Shown piece after piece: positions 27,681 through 37,703 of a stretch of 52,705 bases of DNA. The DNA is from Myxococcota bacterium (lineage in GTDB: Bacteria; Myxococcota_A; UBA9160; PR03): positions 1-52,705 of the forward strand of contig JBFGIM010000003.1 of assembly GCA_041577695.1 (NCBI GenBank), given 5' to 3'. A model generated the notes under the pieces. That model saw nothing but the letters and a program-made list of their open reading frames with translations. It was not told where the DNA came from and ran no database searches. Made by a program: the position numbers and the translations under genes. Position 1 is the stretch's first letter. Each line of letters begins with the position of its first letter.

Positions 27681-28430
27681 ATGGCAGAACCCTTCGAAGA
27701 ACGGCCCGAACGCCGCGGCGTGCTGGGCCGGCGGCGCAAGTCGGCCGCCTGTCACGCGATCGAGACCCTGCTGGCCCGTGCCGACCGGGTTCGCGACGTT
27801 CCGGCAGAGGCAGCGCGAGACATCGCCCGGAATCACGAGGTGGAATGGCCGCGCAGCCTGCGAACGCCGTGCACGCGGCTCTACCGGCGATTCTTCGAGT
27901 TCTGCCTCGACGACATGGAGCTGAGTGCCGAGGAGCGCGGCGACCTGACCCACCTTCGCGCCCTGCTGGCGATCGACGCCGAGGACGCCCAGCGCATCCA
28001 CGAAGACGTGGTCTTCGAGGTCTACGGCCGCGCGCTGGACGATGTGTTGGTCGACAACCGGCTCGACCCGGAGGAGCAGGCGTTCCTCGCCAAGCTGCGC
28101 TCCGAGCTCGACCTGCCCGACGACGCGGCGGAGCGGTTGCTCGAGCAGCGCACCGAGATGGCGCGCCAGCGCTACCTCGGCCGCACCGTGGCGCGTTCGA
28201 ATCCCCTGCTCGCCGCGCGCCACACCGAGCTCGAGCTGACCGGACACTCGGCGTCGAGTGTGGAGGCGGCGATCCGCGGTGCGGTGGACGAGGCCGGCCG
28301 CGCGGTGCCGGATCTGAGCTGGGCCGAGCTGGCCGAGCTGCGCGCCGACGTACGCGAAGGGCGCATCGACGGCTGGACGGTGAAGCTGCGCGCCGGCCTG
28401 CGGCGCGGCGCAGATCCCGGAAGTCCCTGA
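27681..28430 (+). CDS. Helical-repeat protein with C-terminal dodecin-like domain
   Basis: Two Y.R..L.D..L..EE...L..LR..L repeats; ELTGHSASSVEAAI..LSWAELAELRADVREGRI..VKL. Confidence 0.7.
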   Translation: MAEPFEERPERRGVLGRRRKSAACHAIETLLARADRVRDVPAEAARDIARNHEVEWPRSLRTPCTRLYRRFFEFCLDDMELSAEERGDLTHLRALLAIDAEDAQRIHEDVVFEVYGRALDDVLVDNRLDPEEQAFLAKLRSELDLPDDAAERLLEQRTEMARQRYLGRTVARSNPLLAARHTELELTGHSASSVEAAIRGAVDEAGRAVPDLSWAELAELRADVREGRIDGWTVKLRAGLRRGADPGSP

Positions 28431-28444
28431 TCCCGCGGTCCCGG

Positions 28445-29098
28445 ATGCTGTCGCGAAGCCAGGCTCGTGCCTACTACGATCGCATGGGCGCGCGGCAGGA
28501 TCTGTCGCGCTTCTTCGAGGATCCGCCCACGCGTCACCTGACCGAACACCTCGCGTTGGCGGACGCGCGACACGTGGTGGAGTTCGGCTGCGGCACCGGT
28601 CGCTTCGCGGCCGGACTGCTCCGGACGCACCTGCCGGAAACCGCGCGCTACACGGCCCTCGACCAGAGCGCGACCATGATCGCACTCGCCGGTGAGAAGC
28701 TCGCTCCCTTTGGCGACCGCGCCCGGGTGGTCCGGACCGACGGCACCCCGGCGCTGCCGCTGCCCGACGCCTGCGCCGATCGCTTCATCTCGAACTACGT
28801 GCTCGACCTGCTCTCGGTGGAGGACATCGCCGCGCTGCTGGCCGAAGCCCACCGGGTGGTTGGACCGGGCGGGCTGCTCGGCGTCGCCAGCCTCGGCTGG
28901 GGCGAGTCGCGGCCCTCGCGCTGGGTGGCGCGAACCTGGGCGGCAATCCACCGGCGGCGGGCGTTCTGGGTGGGTGGTTGCCGGCCGCTTGCGCTACGCG
29001 ACCACCTCGATCCCGCGCGCTGGAAGGTGTGCGACGCTCGGACCCTGGCGCCATGGGGCCTTCCCTCGGAGGTGGTGATCGCCGAACGGCTGGCGTGA
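28445..29098 (+). CDS. Class I SAM methyltransferase
   Basis: VVEFGCGTG, YVLDLL, PGGLL. Confidence 0.88.
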   Translation: MLSRSQARAYYDRMGARQDLSRFFEDPPTRHLTEHLALADARHVVEFGCGTGRFAAGLLRTHLPETARYTALDQSATMIALAGEKLAPFGDRARVVRTDGTPALPLPDACADRFISNYVLDLLSVEDIAALLAEAHRVVGPGGLLGVASLGWGESRPSRWVARTWAAIHRRRAFWVGGCRPLALRDHLDPARWKVCDARTLAPWGLPSEVVIAERLA

Positions 29099-29138
29099 TA
29101 CGATGCCCCCCGGCGGCGGGGGCGCCGAGGAGAGTAAC

Positions 29139-29963
29139 GTGGACTACGAACGCATCCGGGTGGAGCCGCTGACACCCACGATCGGGGCCGAGATCCACGG
29201 CATCGATCTGCGCAAGCCCCTGGACGCCGCCACCTTCGAAGAGCTGCACCGCGCGTTGCTCGATCGCAAGGTGATCTTCTTCCGCGACCAGCCGATCGAC
29301 AGCGCCGAGCACATCGCCTTTGCGCGCCACTTCGGCGACCTCGAGATCCACCCCTTCGCACCCCACGAGGAGGGCCATCCCGAGGCGATGCGGATCGAGC
29401 ACGACGAGGACAATCCGGGCCGCGAGAACTTCTGGCACAGTGACGTCACCTGGCGACAGGAACCGTCCCTGGGTTCGATCCTGCGGGCGCTGGAAGTGCC
29501 CGCGGTGGGCGGCGACACCCTCTTCGCCGACATGGTGGCGGCCTACGAGGCGCTGCCCGACGCGCTGCAGCGGCAGCTCTCGGGGCTCACGGCCACCCAC
29601 GACTTCACGCAGGTCTTCGGGCGCGGCATGAAGCCCGAGAAATTGCGCGCGATGCAGGAGAAGTATCCGGTGGCGCACCATCCGGTGGTGCGCACCCATC
29701 CCGAGACCGGCCGCAAGGGGATCTACGTGAACGCGGCCTTCACCACGGGCATCGTAGGCATGAAGCCCGAAGAGAGCGCCGCGCTGCTCCGCAAGCTCTA
29801 CCGCGAGGCGCAGATCCCCGAGTACCAGTGCCGCTTCCGCTGGCGCCCGGATTCGATCGCCTTCTGGGACAACCGCGCTTCCCAGCACTACGCCGCTGCC
29901 GACTACTGGCCGGCGCGCCGGCGCATGGTGCGCGTGACGGTGGCCGGGGACCGGCCCTTCTGA
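29139..29963 (+). CDS. TauD/TfdA family Fe(II)/2-oxoglutarate dioxygenase
   Basis: WHSDVT, GGDTLF, HPVVRTHPETG, WDNRASQH. Confidence 0.93.
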   Translation: MDYERIRVEPLTPTIGAEIHGIDLRKPLDAATFEELHRALLDRKVIFFRDQPIDSAEHIAFARHFGDLEIHPFAPHEEGHPEAMRIEHDEDNPGRENFWHSDVTWRQEPSLGSILRALEVPAVGGDTLFADMVAAYEALPDALQRQLSGLTATHDFTQVFGRGMKPEKLRAMQEKYPVAHHPVVRTHPETGRKGIYVNAAFTTGIVGMKPEESAALLRKLYREAQIPEYQCRFRWRPDSIAFWDNRASQHYAAADYWPARRRMVRVTVAGDRPF

Positions 29964-29969
29964 AGACGG

Positions 29970-30608
29970 CTAGCGCTGGCGTAGCAGCGAGGTGACGTGC
30001 GCCGCGATGGCGTAGCGCGAGGCTACCGACATGCCGCAGAAGATCAGCCCGGTGCCCGAGGCGATGGTGTACCCGACCTCGGCCGCCACCGTGACGGGAT
30101 CCTGCTCGGGCAGCTCGAGATGCAGGTCGAAGACGGTGCCCAGGGCCGGGACGTCGGGCGCCGCGATCAGACAGCCGTTCTGCGAGAGCGACCGCACCGG
30201 CACGCGCCGGGCGCCGTCCTGGAAGCGGCACAGCGCGCTGAGCCGGGTCGGAACGCGCGGCGTGGCGCGCGGATGATCCTCGAGCACTTCCTGCACCAGG
30301 CGATAGAGGCCGTGCAGGCTGGCGGGCCGCTTCACTGCGCCCACGACGCCGGGCGGCGGATCCGAGCCGGCGGAGCGCCCCATCAGGGCGATGATCGGGA
30401 CCGTCTTCTCGGCCGCGAATGCCCCGAGGTTCTGCTCGTCCACCAGCAACAGATCGGGCACGGCGCCCTCCCCGGCGGCAGCGGTGAAGGCCTCGGGATC
30501 GACGATCTGGTAGCCCAGCTTGGCCATCATCGAGCGCGCCATGGGCGCGAACGCACCGTGGCCGGTGTGCGCCACCAGCATGCGCTGGAAACCGGGGTCC
30601 GTGGCCAT
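29970..30608 (-). CDS. Degenerate receiver-like domain plus PilZ domain
   Basis: PDLLLVDE, KRPA, RATPR, SLSQNG. Confidence 0.7.
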   Translation of the reverse strand: MATDPGFQRMLVAHTGHGAFAPMARSMMAKLGYQIVDPEAFTAAAGEGAVPDLLLVDEQNLGAFAAEKTVPIIALMGRSAGSDPPPGVVGAVKRPASLHGLYRLVQEVLEDHPRATPRVPTRLSALCRFQDGARRVPVRSLSQNGCLIAAPDVPALGTVFDLHLELPEQDPVTVAAEVGYTIASGTGLIFCGMSVASRYAIAAHVTSLLRQR

Positions 30609-30690
30609 CCTGGGCTGATCGGCATTGGAGCGAGGGCGGTTGAGGCTTCTCTGCCGCGAGCGCCCTCGCCGTCCGGCAAGTGAGGCCAGG

Positions 30691-31266
30691 ATGTCCCCGG
30701 CTTTGGACGGACGGACGCCCGAGCGGGAAGGAACCCTGCCCGAGGGGTATCGCGTGAGACGGGCCCGGGCCGGCGAGCTGGCCGCGCTGACGGAGATCGA
30801 GCGGGCGGCGGCCCGACTCTTCGAAGACCTGCCGCTGGAACTGGACATCCCCGACGAAGTGACGACGGTGTCCGGGTTTCGCGAGGCCTTCGATGCCGGC
30901 CGGCTCTGGGTGGCGGAAGGACCCGATGGCAGCCCGGTGGGCTTCGCCCACGTCGAGATGCTCGGGGAGGAACCACACCTGGAAGAGCTGGACGTGCATC
31001 CGGATCACGGCCGGCGGGGCCTGGGCTCCGTGCTGGTGCAGACCGTGTGCGCGTGGGCAGCGGCGGAGGGCTACGCGGGGGTCGGTCTGACCACGTTCCG
31101 AGGCGTGCCGTGGAACCAGCCGTTCTATGCCAGGATGGGCTTCCGGGTCCTGGGCCCGGCCGACCTCACCCCGGCCCAGCGGGAGAAGATGCGGCAGGAG
31201 CACGCGCGGGGCCTGCGCGAGGAGCAGCGCGTGATGATGCGCTTCCAGACGGCGATTCGCCCGTGA
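30691..31266 (+). CDS. GNAT acetyltransferase
   Basis: LDVHPDHGRRGLG, LTTFRGVPWNQPFYARMGF. Confidence 0.9.
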   Translation: MSPALDGRTPEREGTLPEGYRVRRARAGELAALTEIERAAARLFEDLPLELDIPDEVTTVSGFREAFDAGRLWVAEGPDGSPVGFAHVEMLGEEPHLEELDVHPDHGRRGLGSVLVQTVCAWAAAEGYAGVGLTTFRGVPWNQPFYARMGFRVLGPADLTPAQREKMRQEHARGLREEQRVMMRFQTAIRP

Positions 31267-31808
31267 GGTGCGCGGGCCGATCGACCCGGGTCGCCGCGCT
31301 GTGGCTGTGTATCTCCTTGCCAACCGCTTGTGGATCGTCCCATGCTCACGACATGGGCGTCCGCTACGGCACCTACTCGATCGAGGACGACGGAGACCGC
31401 GCCGTGGTGCGCTCGCTGGCCGATCAGTGGCCGACTCTCCACCGTATCCTCACGACCGTGCACGCGTCCTTCGAGCCGATCGGAGCGCCGCACCTCGAGC
31501 TGGGCCGGATTGCGGTGATCGAGCGCGACTTCTGGGGCCGCGAACGCCACTGGCCGCGCAGCGTGCTGCGCGACGTGACCCTGGAGCAGCGCCGGCTCCG
31601 GGGCGACGAAATCAAGCGGCCGGCCATCGCGCGCCCGTGGCGCGTATCGCTGCGAGACGGCCGGGGCGAGCCGTTGCGCGCGTCCTTCGGCTTCCGCCAG
31701 GAGGCAGACGCCCGCGGCTTCCGCACCGAATTGCGCCGCTTCCTGGACCTGGAGCAGCCCGCCCCCACCGAGCCCGGTGCCGGTGAGCTGCCTGACGTCG
31801 CGATCTGA
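31263..31808 (+). CDS. Hypothetical, possibly lipoprotein
   Basis: GTGA overlap with GNAT gene; hydrophobic N-region ending PTAC. Confidence 0.5.
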   Translation: MRCAGRSTRVAALWLCISLPTACGSSHAHDMGVRYGTYSIEDDGDRAVVRSLADQWPTLHRILTTVHASFEPIGAPHLELGRIAVIERDFWGRERHWPRSVLRDVTLEQRRLRGDEIKRPAIARPWRVSLRDGRGEPLRASFGFRQEADARGFRTELRRFLDLEQPAPTEPGAGELPDVAI

Positions 31809-31823
31809 CTGCGAGTGCGGTTT

Positions 31824-31851
31824 TTGTGCAGTCCTCGATGGCGGTTAAAAT
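31824..31851 (+). promoter_or_regulatory. Sigma70-like promoter of ileS
   Basis: TTGTGC-16 nt-TAAAAT in an AT-rich patch, 9 nt before the ATG. Confidence 0.5.
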
Positions 31852-31860
31852 CGCAGGCGC

Positions 31861-34800
31861 ATGAACCCGACCCACCACTATCCCGCGGTCGATCCCCAGC
31901 CCCGCTTCCCGGAGGTGGAGCACGCGGTGCTGGAGCACTGGCGCCGCGAGCGCATCTTCCAGCGCTCGGTCGAAAGCCGACCCGCCGGGCCGGGCGGCGA
32001 GAACGAGTACGTCTTCTACGACGGCCCGCCCTTCGCCAACGGACTGCCCCACTACGCCCACCTGGTGACCGGCTACGTCAAGGACATCGTTTCCCGCTAC
32101 CAGACCATGCGGGGGCGCCGCGTGGAGCGCCGCTTCGGCTGGGACTGTCACGGCCTGCCCGCCGAGATGGAGGCCGAGAAGCAGCTCGGCGTAAGCGGCC
32201 GCGCGCAGATCCAGGAATACGGCATCGATCGCTTCAACGCGCACTGCCGCAAGTCGGTGATGCGCTACACGCACGAGTGGGAGGAGTACGTCACCCGACA
32301 GGCTCGCTGGGTGGACTTCGAGAACGACTACAAGACGATGGACCTCTCCTACATGGAGAGCGTCCTGTGGGCGTTCAAGCAGCTCTGGGATCGCGGGCTG
32401 GTCTACGAAGGCGAGTGGGTGCTGCCCTACTCCTGGGCGGCCGAGACACCGCTCTCGAACTTCGAGACACGGCTCGACGACGCCACCCGCGAGCGGCAGG
32501 ACCCGGCCGTCACCCTGCGCTTCCAGGTACTGGAGCCCAGTGCCGACGGGCCCACCGAGCTGTGGGCGTGGACCACGACGCCGTGGACCCTGCCTTCGAA
32601 CCTGGCGCTCTGCGTCGGTCCCGACATCGACTACGCGCTGCTGCGCCTGGGAGATCGCCGGATCCTGGTCGCCGAAGCGGCGGTAGAGCGCTACCCACAG
32701 GAGCTGGGCGAGGCCGAGCGCATCCGCAGCGCTCCGGGCGCGCAATGGGCAGGTCTGCGCTATCGGCCCCTCTTCCCGTTCTTCGCCGACGTCGAGAACG
32801 CGTTCCGGGTGCTGGCCGACGGCTACGTCACCACCGAGGACGGCACCGGCGTCGTCCACCAGGCGCCGGGCTTCGGTGAAGACGACATGCGCGTCTGCAA
32901 GGCCGCGGGCATCCCGGTGGTCTGCCCGGTGGACGACCGCGGCCGCTTCACCGAGCCGGTGACGCCGTGGCTCGGCGAGCTGGTCTTCGACGCCAACACG
33001 CCCATCATCCGGGCGCTGCGCGATCAGCAGAGCCTGGTCCGCCAGGACAGCCTGGTGCACAACTATCCCCACTGCTGGCGCACCGACGAGCCGCTGATCT
33101 ACCGCGCCATGAGCAGCTGGTACGTCGCCGTCTCGAAATTCGCGCCTCGCATGGTCGAGCTGAACCAGCAGATCCACTGGATCCCCGAACACGTTCGCGA
33201 CGGCCGCTTCGGCAAGTGGATCGAGGGCGCACAGGACTGGTCGATCAGCCGCAACCGCTTCTGGGGCTCGCCGATCCCGGTGTGGAAGAGCGACGACCCG
33301 GAGCACCCGCGCATCGACGTCTACGGCAGCCTCGACGAGCTGGAGCGGGATTTCGGGGTGCGGCCGACGGACCTGCACCGACCGGGGATCGACGGCCTGA
33401 CCCGCCCCAACCCGGACGATCCCAGCGGGCGCAGCACGATGCGGCGCATCCCGGACGTGCTCGACGTGTGGTTCGACTCGGGCTCGATGCCCTACGCCCA
33501 GGTGCACTACCCGTTCGAGAACCGCGAGTGGTTCGAGAAGCACTTTCCGGCCGACTTCATCGTCGAGTACGTCGCGCAGACCCGGGGCTGGTTCTACACG
33601 CTGATGGTGCTGAGCACGGCGCTATTCGACCGGCCGCCCTTCGAGACCTGCATCTGCCACGGCGTGATCCTCCATGCCAGCGGCAAGAAGCTTTCGAAGC
33701 GGCTGCGCAACTACACCGATCCGCTCGAAGTGATGGAGACCCGGGGATCCGACGCGCTGCGCTGGTACCTGGTGGCCTCGCCGGTGTTGCGCGGCCTCGA
33801 CCTGCGCCTGGAAGAGAAGGCGATCACCGACGTGGTCCGGAGCGTGTTGAACCCGTTCTGGAACGCGTACTCGTTCTTCTGCCTCTACGCCAACATCGAC
33901 GGCGTCGAAGCGGTCTTTCGCACCGACGCCAACGGCATGCTCGACCGCTACATCCTGGCGAAGACCCACGAGCTGGTGGCGGTGGTGACCGAGCGTATGG
34001 ACGGCTACGACCTGGGGGGCGCCTGCGACGAAGTGCTCGGCTTCCTCGACGCGCTCACCAACTGGTACGTGCGACGCAGTCGCGAGCGCTTCTGGGCCGC
34101 CGGGTTCGACGACGACAAACGCGATGCTTACGACACGCTCTACACCGTGCTGGTCACCCTGGCCCGGACCACGGCGCCACTGCTGCCGTTGGTATCGGAC
34201 TCGATCTACCGCGGCCTGACCGGCGAGGCCAGCGTGCATCTGAGCGATTGGCCGGATGTCGACGCGTTGCCCTCGGACCCGTCGCTGGTCGCCCGCATGG
34301 ACCGCGTGCGCGACGCCTGCTCGGCGGCGCGCACCCTGCGCGAACGCGAGGGCATCCGCGTGCGCCAGCCGCTGGCCTCGCTCACCCTCGCCGGGCCCGG
34401 CACTGCGGGTCTGGCCGACTTCGAGCCGCTGCTGCGCGACGAGGTGAACGTCAAGTCGGTGAAGCTGGCCGAGAGCATCGACCAGTGGGCCACCTTCCAG
34501 CTCCAGGTGAACGCGCGTATCCTGGGTCCGCGTCTGGGCGGCTCCATGAAGGAGGTGCTGGGCGCCGCCAAGCGCGGCGAGTGGAAGCGCGACGCCGAGG
34601 GCCGCATCACCGTGCGCGATCAGGTGCTGGAGGACGGCGAGTACCAGCTGCTCCTGAAGCCGAAGCCGGGAGTGGCTTGCGAGCCGCTCTCCACCCACGA
34701 CGCCATCGCCGTGCTCGACCTCGAGCTCAGCGACGTGCTGGTGCAGGAGGGCATCGCCCGCGACGTCGTGCGAGGCGTGCAGCAGGCCCGCAAGGATGCC

Positions 34801-35022
34801 GGTCTGCACGTCTCGGACCGCATCCGGCTGGCGCTGGCGCTTCCCGAGGGGTGGAAGCCGGCCGTCGACAGGTTCCGCGACTGGATCGCCGAGCAGACGC
34901 TGGCGACCCAGGTCGAGATCTCCGAAGAGATCGATCCCGAACTCTCGCGTCACGAGGCCCGCTTCGGCGAGTTCTCGATCCAGGTGGGCGTGGCGCGCAT
35001 TGCCGAGGAGGCCCCCCGATGA
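31861..35022 (+). CDS. ileS: Isoleucine--tRNA ligase, type 2 (eukaryote-like)
   Basis: DGPPFANGLPHYAH, GWDCHGLP, WTTTPWTLPSN, DWSISRNRFWG, QTRGWFY, KLSKR; long C-terminus without a zinc finger. Confidence 0.96.
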   Translation: MNPTHHYPAVDPQPRFPEVEHAVLEHWRRERIFQRSVESRPAGPGGENEYVFYDGPPFANGLPHYAHLVTGYVKDIVSRYQTMRGRRVERRFGWDCHGLPAEMEAEKQLGVSGRAQIQEYGIDRFNAHCRKSVMRYTHEWEEYVTRQARWVDFENDYKTMDLSYMESVLWAFKQLWDRGLVYEGEWVLPYSWAAETPLSNFETRLDDATRERQDPAVTLRFQVLEPSADGPTELWAWTTTPWTLPSNLALCVGPDIDYALLRLGDRRILVAEAAVERYPQELGEAERIRSAPGAQWAGLRYRPLFPFFADVENAFRVLADGYVTTEDGTGVVHQAPGFGEDDMRVCKAAGIPVVCPVDDRGRFTEPVTPWLGELVFDANTPIIRALRDQQSLVRQDSLVHNYPHCWRTDEPLIYRAMSSWYVAVSKFAPRMVELNQQIHWIPEHVRDGRFGKWIEGAQDWSISRNRFWGSPIPVWKSDDPEHPRIDVYGSLDELERDFGVRPTDLHRPGIDGLTRPNPDDPSGRSTMRRIPDVLDVWFDSGSMPYAQVHYPFENREWFEKHFPADFIVEYVAQTRGWFYTLMVLSTALFDRPPFETCICHGVILHASGKKLSKRLRNYTDPLEVMETRGSDALRWYLVASPVLRGLDLRLEEKAITDVVRSVLNPFWNAYSFFCLYANIDGVEAVFRTDANGMLDRYILAKTHELVAVVTERMDGYDLGGACDEVLGFLDALTNWYVRRSRERFWAAGFDDDKRDAYDTLYTVLVTLARTTAPLLPLVSDSIYRGLTGEASVHLSDWPDVDALPSDPSLVARMDRVRDACSAARTLREREGIRVRQPLASLTLAGPGTAGLADFEPLLRDEVNVKSVKLAESIDQWATFQLQVNARILGPRLGGSMKEVLGAAKRGEWKRDAEGRITVRDQVLEDGEYQLLLKPKPGVACEPLSTHDAIAVLDLELSDVLVQEGIARDVVRGVQQARKDAGLHVSDRIRLALALPEGWKPAVDRFRDWIAEQTLATQVEISEEIDPELSRHEARFGEFSIQVGVARIAEEAPR

Positions 35023-36764
35023 GCGACTACTTCGCACCGACCATGCGGCTCTACATCGACAAGCTGATCGACTGGGAGAGCTACCTGAAGCTCCGCAACG
35101 GCGAGGTCCCGGACGTGGAATCCGAGGTGGGCGCATTTCGCACCGTGCTCGAGACCGCCGGCGCGCTGGCCCAGACCTTCGAGCGCCGGGCCCGTGAACA
35201 CTGGGCGGACGAGGCCGAGTTGACCGAGGACGGGGGCGCCGAGCCGCCCGAGCACATCCGCAAGGCCTACGAAGAGCTGAGGGAGGCCGGCCTGGTGAGC
35301 CTGCTCATCTCGGAGGAGTACGGCGGCCCCGGCCTGCCCGGCATGCTGAACGGCATGTATCTGGAGATGGTCTCGCGCGCCGACACCAGCTTGATGACCG
35401 TGGTGGGGCTGCAGACGGGTGCCGCCGGCGACATCGAACGCTACGGCAGCGACGAGATCAAGCAGAAGTACCTGCCGCGCTTCACGTCGGGAGAGATCCA
35501 GGGCGCCATGGACCTCACCGAGCCCCAGGCCGGCAGCGACCTCGGCGGCATCACCACCCGCTGCACCGAGCAGCCCGATGGAACGCTGCGGGTCACCGGC
35601 CAGAAGATCTTCATCACCAACGGCGGCTCCGAGGTGCACCTGGTGCTGGCCCGCGACGCCGACAAGTTCGACGAGTCGAAGGGCACCACCAACGGCCTGT
35701 CGTTGGTTCTGGTGCCGCGCCACCTGGACGACGGCTCGCGCAACGGCATCCGCGTGTCGCGGCTCGAGTCGAAGCTGGGCATACACGGCTCGCCCACCTG
35801 CGAGGTGGTCTTCGAGGACGCCGTGGGCTGGCGGCTCGGCGACAAGGGCCAGGGCTTCAAGGCCATGCTCGACCTGATGAACAACGCGCGCCTGGGCGTG
35901 GCGGCCCAGGCCATCGGCATCGCGGTGGCGGCGCTGGACGACGCCAGTCGCTACGCCCGAGAGCGCGAGCAGTTCGGCCAGCCGGTGGCCAAGCAGCCAC
36001 TCGTGCTCGCCATGCTCGCCAAGATGGCGATCAACATCGAGGCGGCCCGCGCCCTGCTCTACCGGACCTTCGAGCTGGTGGACCACAACGTGGCCTGCGA
36101 AGCCGCGCTGTCGCGCGGCGACCTCGACGAGAGCACCGCAAAGGAGATGCGCGAGGCTCTCGAACGCGACGAGGCCCGGGTGCGGCTGCTCACGCCCCTC
36201 TGCAAGTACTTCGCCACCGAGATCTGCCACGACATCACCCGCGACGCGATGCAGGTGTACGGCGGCATCGGCTACACGATGGACGCCGACGTGGCCAAGC
36301 TCCACGCCGACAGCCTGATCATGACGGTCTACGAGGGCACCAGCGAGATCCAGGCCAGCTTCGCCCTGCGCGAGATCGGCAAGGGCGCACTCGGTGTGGT
36401 GGCGACCCAGGTGCGCCAGGAGCTGTCCACCATGGCCGGCGACCCGCAGCGAGCGGAGCTGGCCAAGATGGTGGAGGAGAGCGTCGGCCGCATCGAGGAG
36501 AGCATCGGCGTGCTCTTCAGCGACATCAACTACGCGCTGCTGCGGGCCAAGCTGATCGCCCAGATGGTGATCAACGTGATCGCGGCGACGGAGCTCCTGC
36601 GCCAGGTGGGCGGCGATCCGAGCCGGCTGGACGTGGCCGCGGCGTTCATCCGGCGCCGCACGATCGAGACCGAGAGCATGGCCAAGCGCATCCAGGTCAA
36701 CCAGGAGGGTCGGCTCGAGCGAGACGCCCGCATCCTGGACGCCGTCGCGCCCCAGGGCGAATAG
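35019..36764 (+). CDS. Acyl-CoA dehydrogenase family (long form)
   Basis: MDLTEPQAGSDL, GQKIFITNG, KLGIHGSPT, YGGIGY, YEGTSEIQ. Confidence 0.92.
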   Translation: MSDYFAPTMRLYIDKLIDWESYLKLRNGEVPDVESEVGAFRTVLETAGALAQTFERRAREHWADEAELTEDGGAEPPEHIRKAYEELREAGLVSLLISEEYGGPGLPGMLNGMYLEMVSRADTSLMTVVGLQTGAAGDIERYGSDEIKQKYLPRFTSGEIQGAMDLTEPQAGSDLGGITTRCTEQPDGTLRVTGQKIFITNGGSEVHLVLARDADKFDESKGTTNGLSLVLVPRHLDDGSRNGIRVSRLESKLGIHGSPTCEVVFEDAVGWRLGDKGQGFKAMLDLMNNARLGVAAQAIGIAVAALDDASRYAREREQFGQPVAKQPLVLAMLAKMAINIEAARALLYRTFELVDHNVACEAALSRGDLDESTAKEMREALERDEARVRLLTPLCKYFATEICHDITRDAMQVYGGIGYTMDADVAKLHADSLIMTVYEGTSEIQASFALREIGKGALGVVATQVRQELSTMAGDPQRAELAKMVEESVGRIEESIGVLFSDINYALLRAKLIAQMVINVIAATELLRQVGGDPSRLDVAAAFIRRRTIETESMAKRIQVNQEGRLERDARILDAVAPQGE

Positions 36765-36780
36765 GCAGCGGTCGGTGGCG

Positions 36781-37035
36781 ATGGAAGACTCGTCCGAACA
36801 GAGAGGGTCGCGTCTCGCGCGCGCGGCTCGCTTCGCGTTCACGCACCCGGTCGGGATCGCCCACACGATCCTGTACTTCGTCGTCGCGATCGTGGTGCTC
36901 CAGAACCTCGAGCCCACCAAGATCGACTTCCTGTTCTGGTCGATCCCCGAGGTTCCGAAGCTGGTGGTGTTGCTGCTGGCCATGCTGTTGGGGGCGCTCC
37001 TCTGGGAGCTGGCGAGGCGGCTGATCCGGCGCTGA
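36781..37035 (+). CDS. LapA (DUF1049)-like small membrane protein
   Basis: TM-QN..IDFLFW..P-TM pattern. Confidence 0.7.
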   Translation: MEDSSEQRGSRLARAARFAFTHPVGIAHTILYFVVAIVVLQNLEPTKIDFLFWSIPEVPKLVVLLLAMLLGALLWELARRLIRR

Positions 37036-37099
37036 GCGCCGGGCTCGGCCAATGGATGCGCGGTTAAACCGCGGCTCGGGGCGCACCGATACCGGTTGC

Positions 37100-37672
37100 A
37101 TGCCCCAGCCCAGCCCCCTGGAGCGCGGATTCTTCCGCCGAGCGCCCGACGGCGCCACGGTGTTCTTTCCGTGGGGGTTGACCCGGCGCGGCTACCGGCT
37201 CGACGGTGACGTGGCGAGGCAGCGCGCGGCGCGCGCCGTGTCGCTGCTGATGGGTGGCGTGATCGCCATCGGCACCTGGACGGCACACGTCCTCCAGCGC
37301 GTGCTCGACGCGGAAGCGGCTTCCTTCGCCGAGGCGGCCGACGCGCTGGTGTTGCCGCTGGCGGCCCTCGCGCTGGCGATCGTCGGCTACGTGCTCTGGG
37401 TCTCGCGCTTCGTCGAGCGATTCCCGCCCAGCGACCTGGTGGTGTCCCGTGAGGAACGGTTGCGCGAGGCGGCGGAGGTCGCCGAGCCGCGCAAGCTGGC
37501 GCTGATCGGGGGAGTCGTCGTCGTGCTGGGCCTGCTCGCGCTCTGGATCGAGGCGCGCACGTGGTGGCTGGGCGCCCTCGCCGTGGTGGCCGGCGCCGGG
37601 CTCGTGTTCTGGAGCCGGGTTCTCGAACGCCCGGCATCCGAGAACGACCGCTCCGGGCGCGTGGCCAGATAG
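37100..37672 (+). CDS. Hypothetical 4-TM membrane protein
   Basis: FFPWG..RGY N-terminus and four hydrophobic segments. Confidence 0.7.
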   Translation: MPQPSPLERGFFRRAPDGATVFFPWGLTRRGYRLDGDVARQRAARAVSLLMGGVIAIGTWTAHVLQRVLDAEAASFAEAADALVLPLAALALAIVGYVLWVSRFVERFPPSDLVVSREERLREAAEVAEPRKLALIGGVVVVLGLLALWIEARTWWLGALAVVAGAGLVFWSRVLERPASENDRSGRVAR

Positions 37673-37703
37673 AAGCGCACGGTTTCCATGTATCATCGAC
37701 CCG

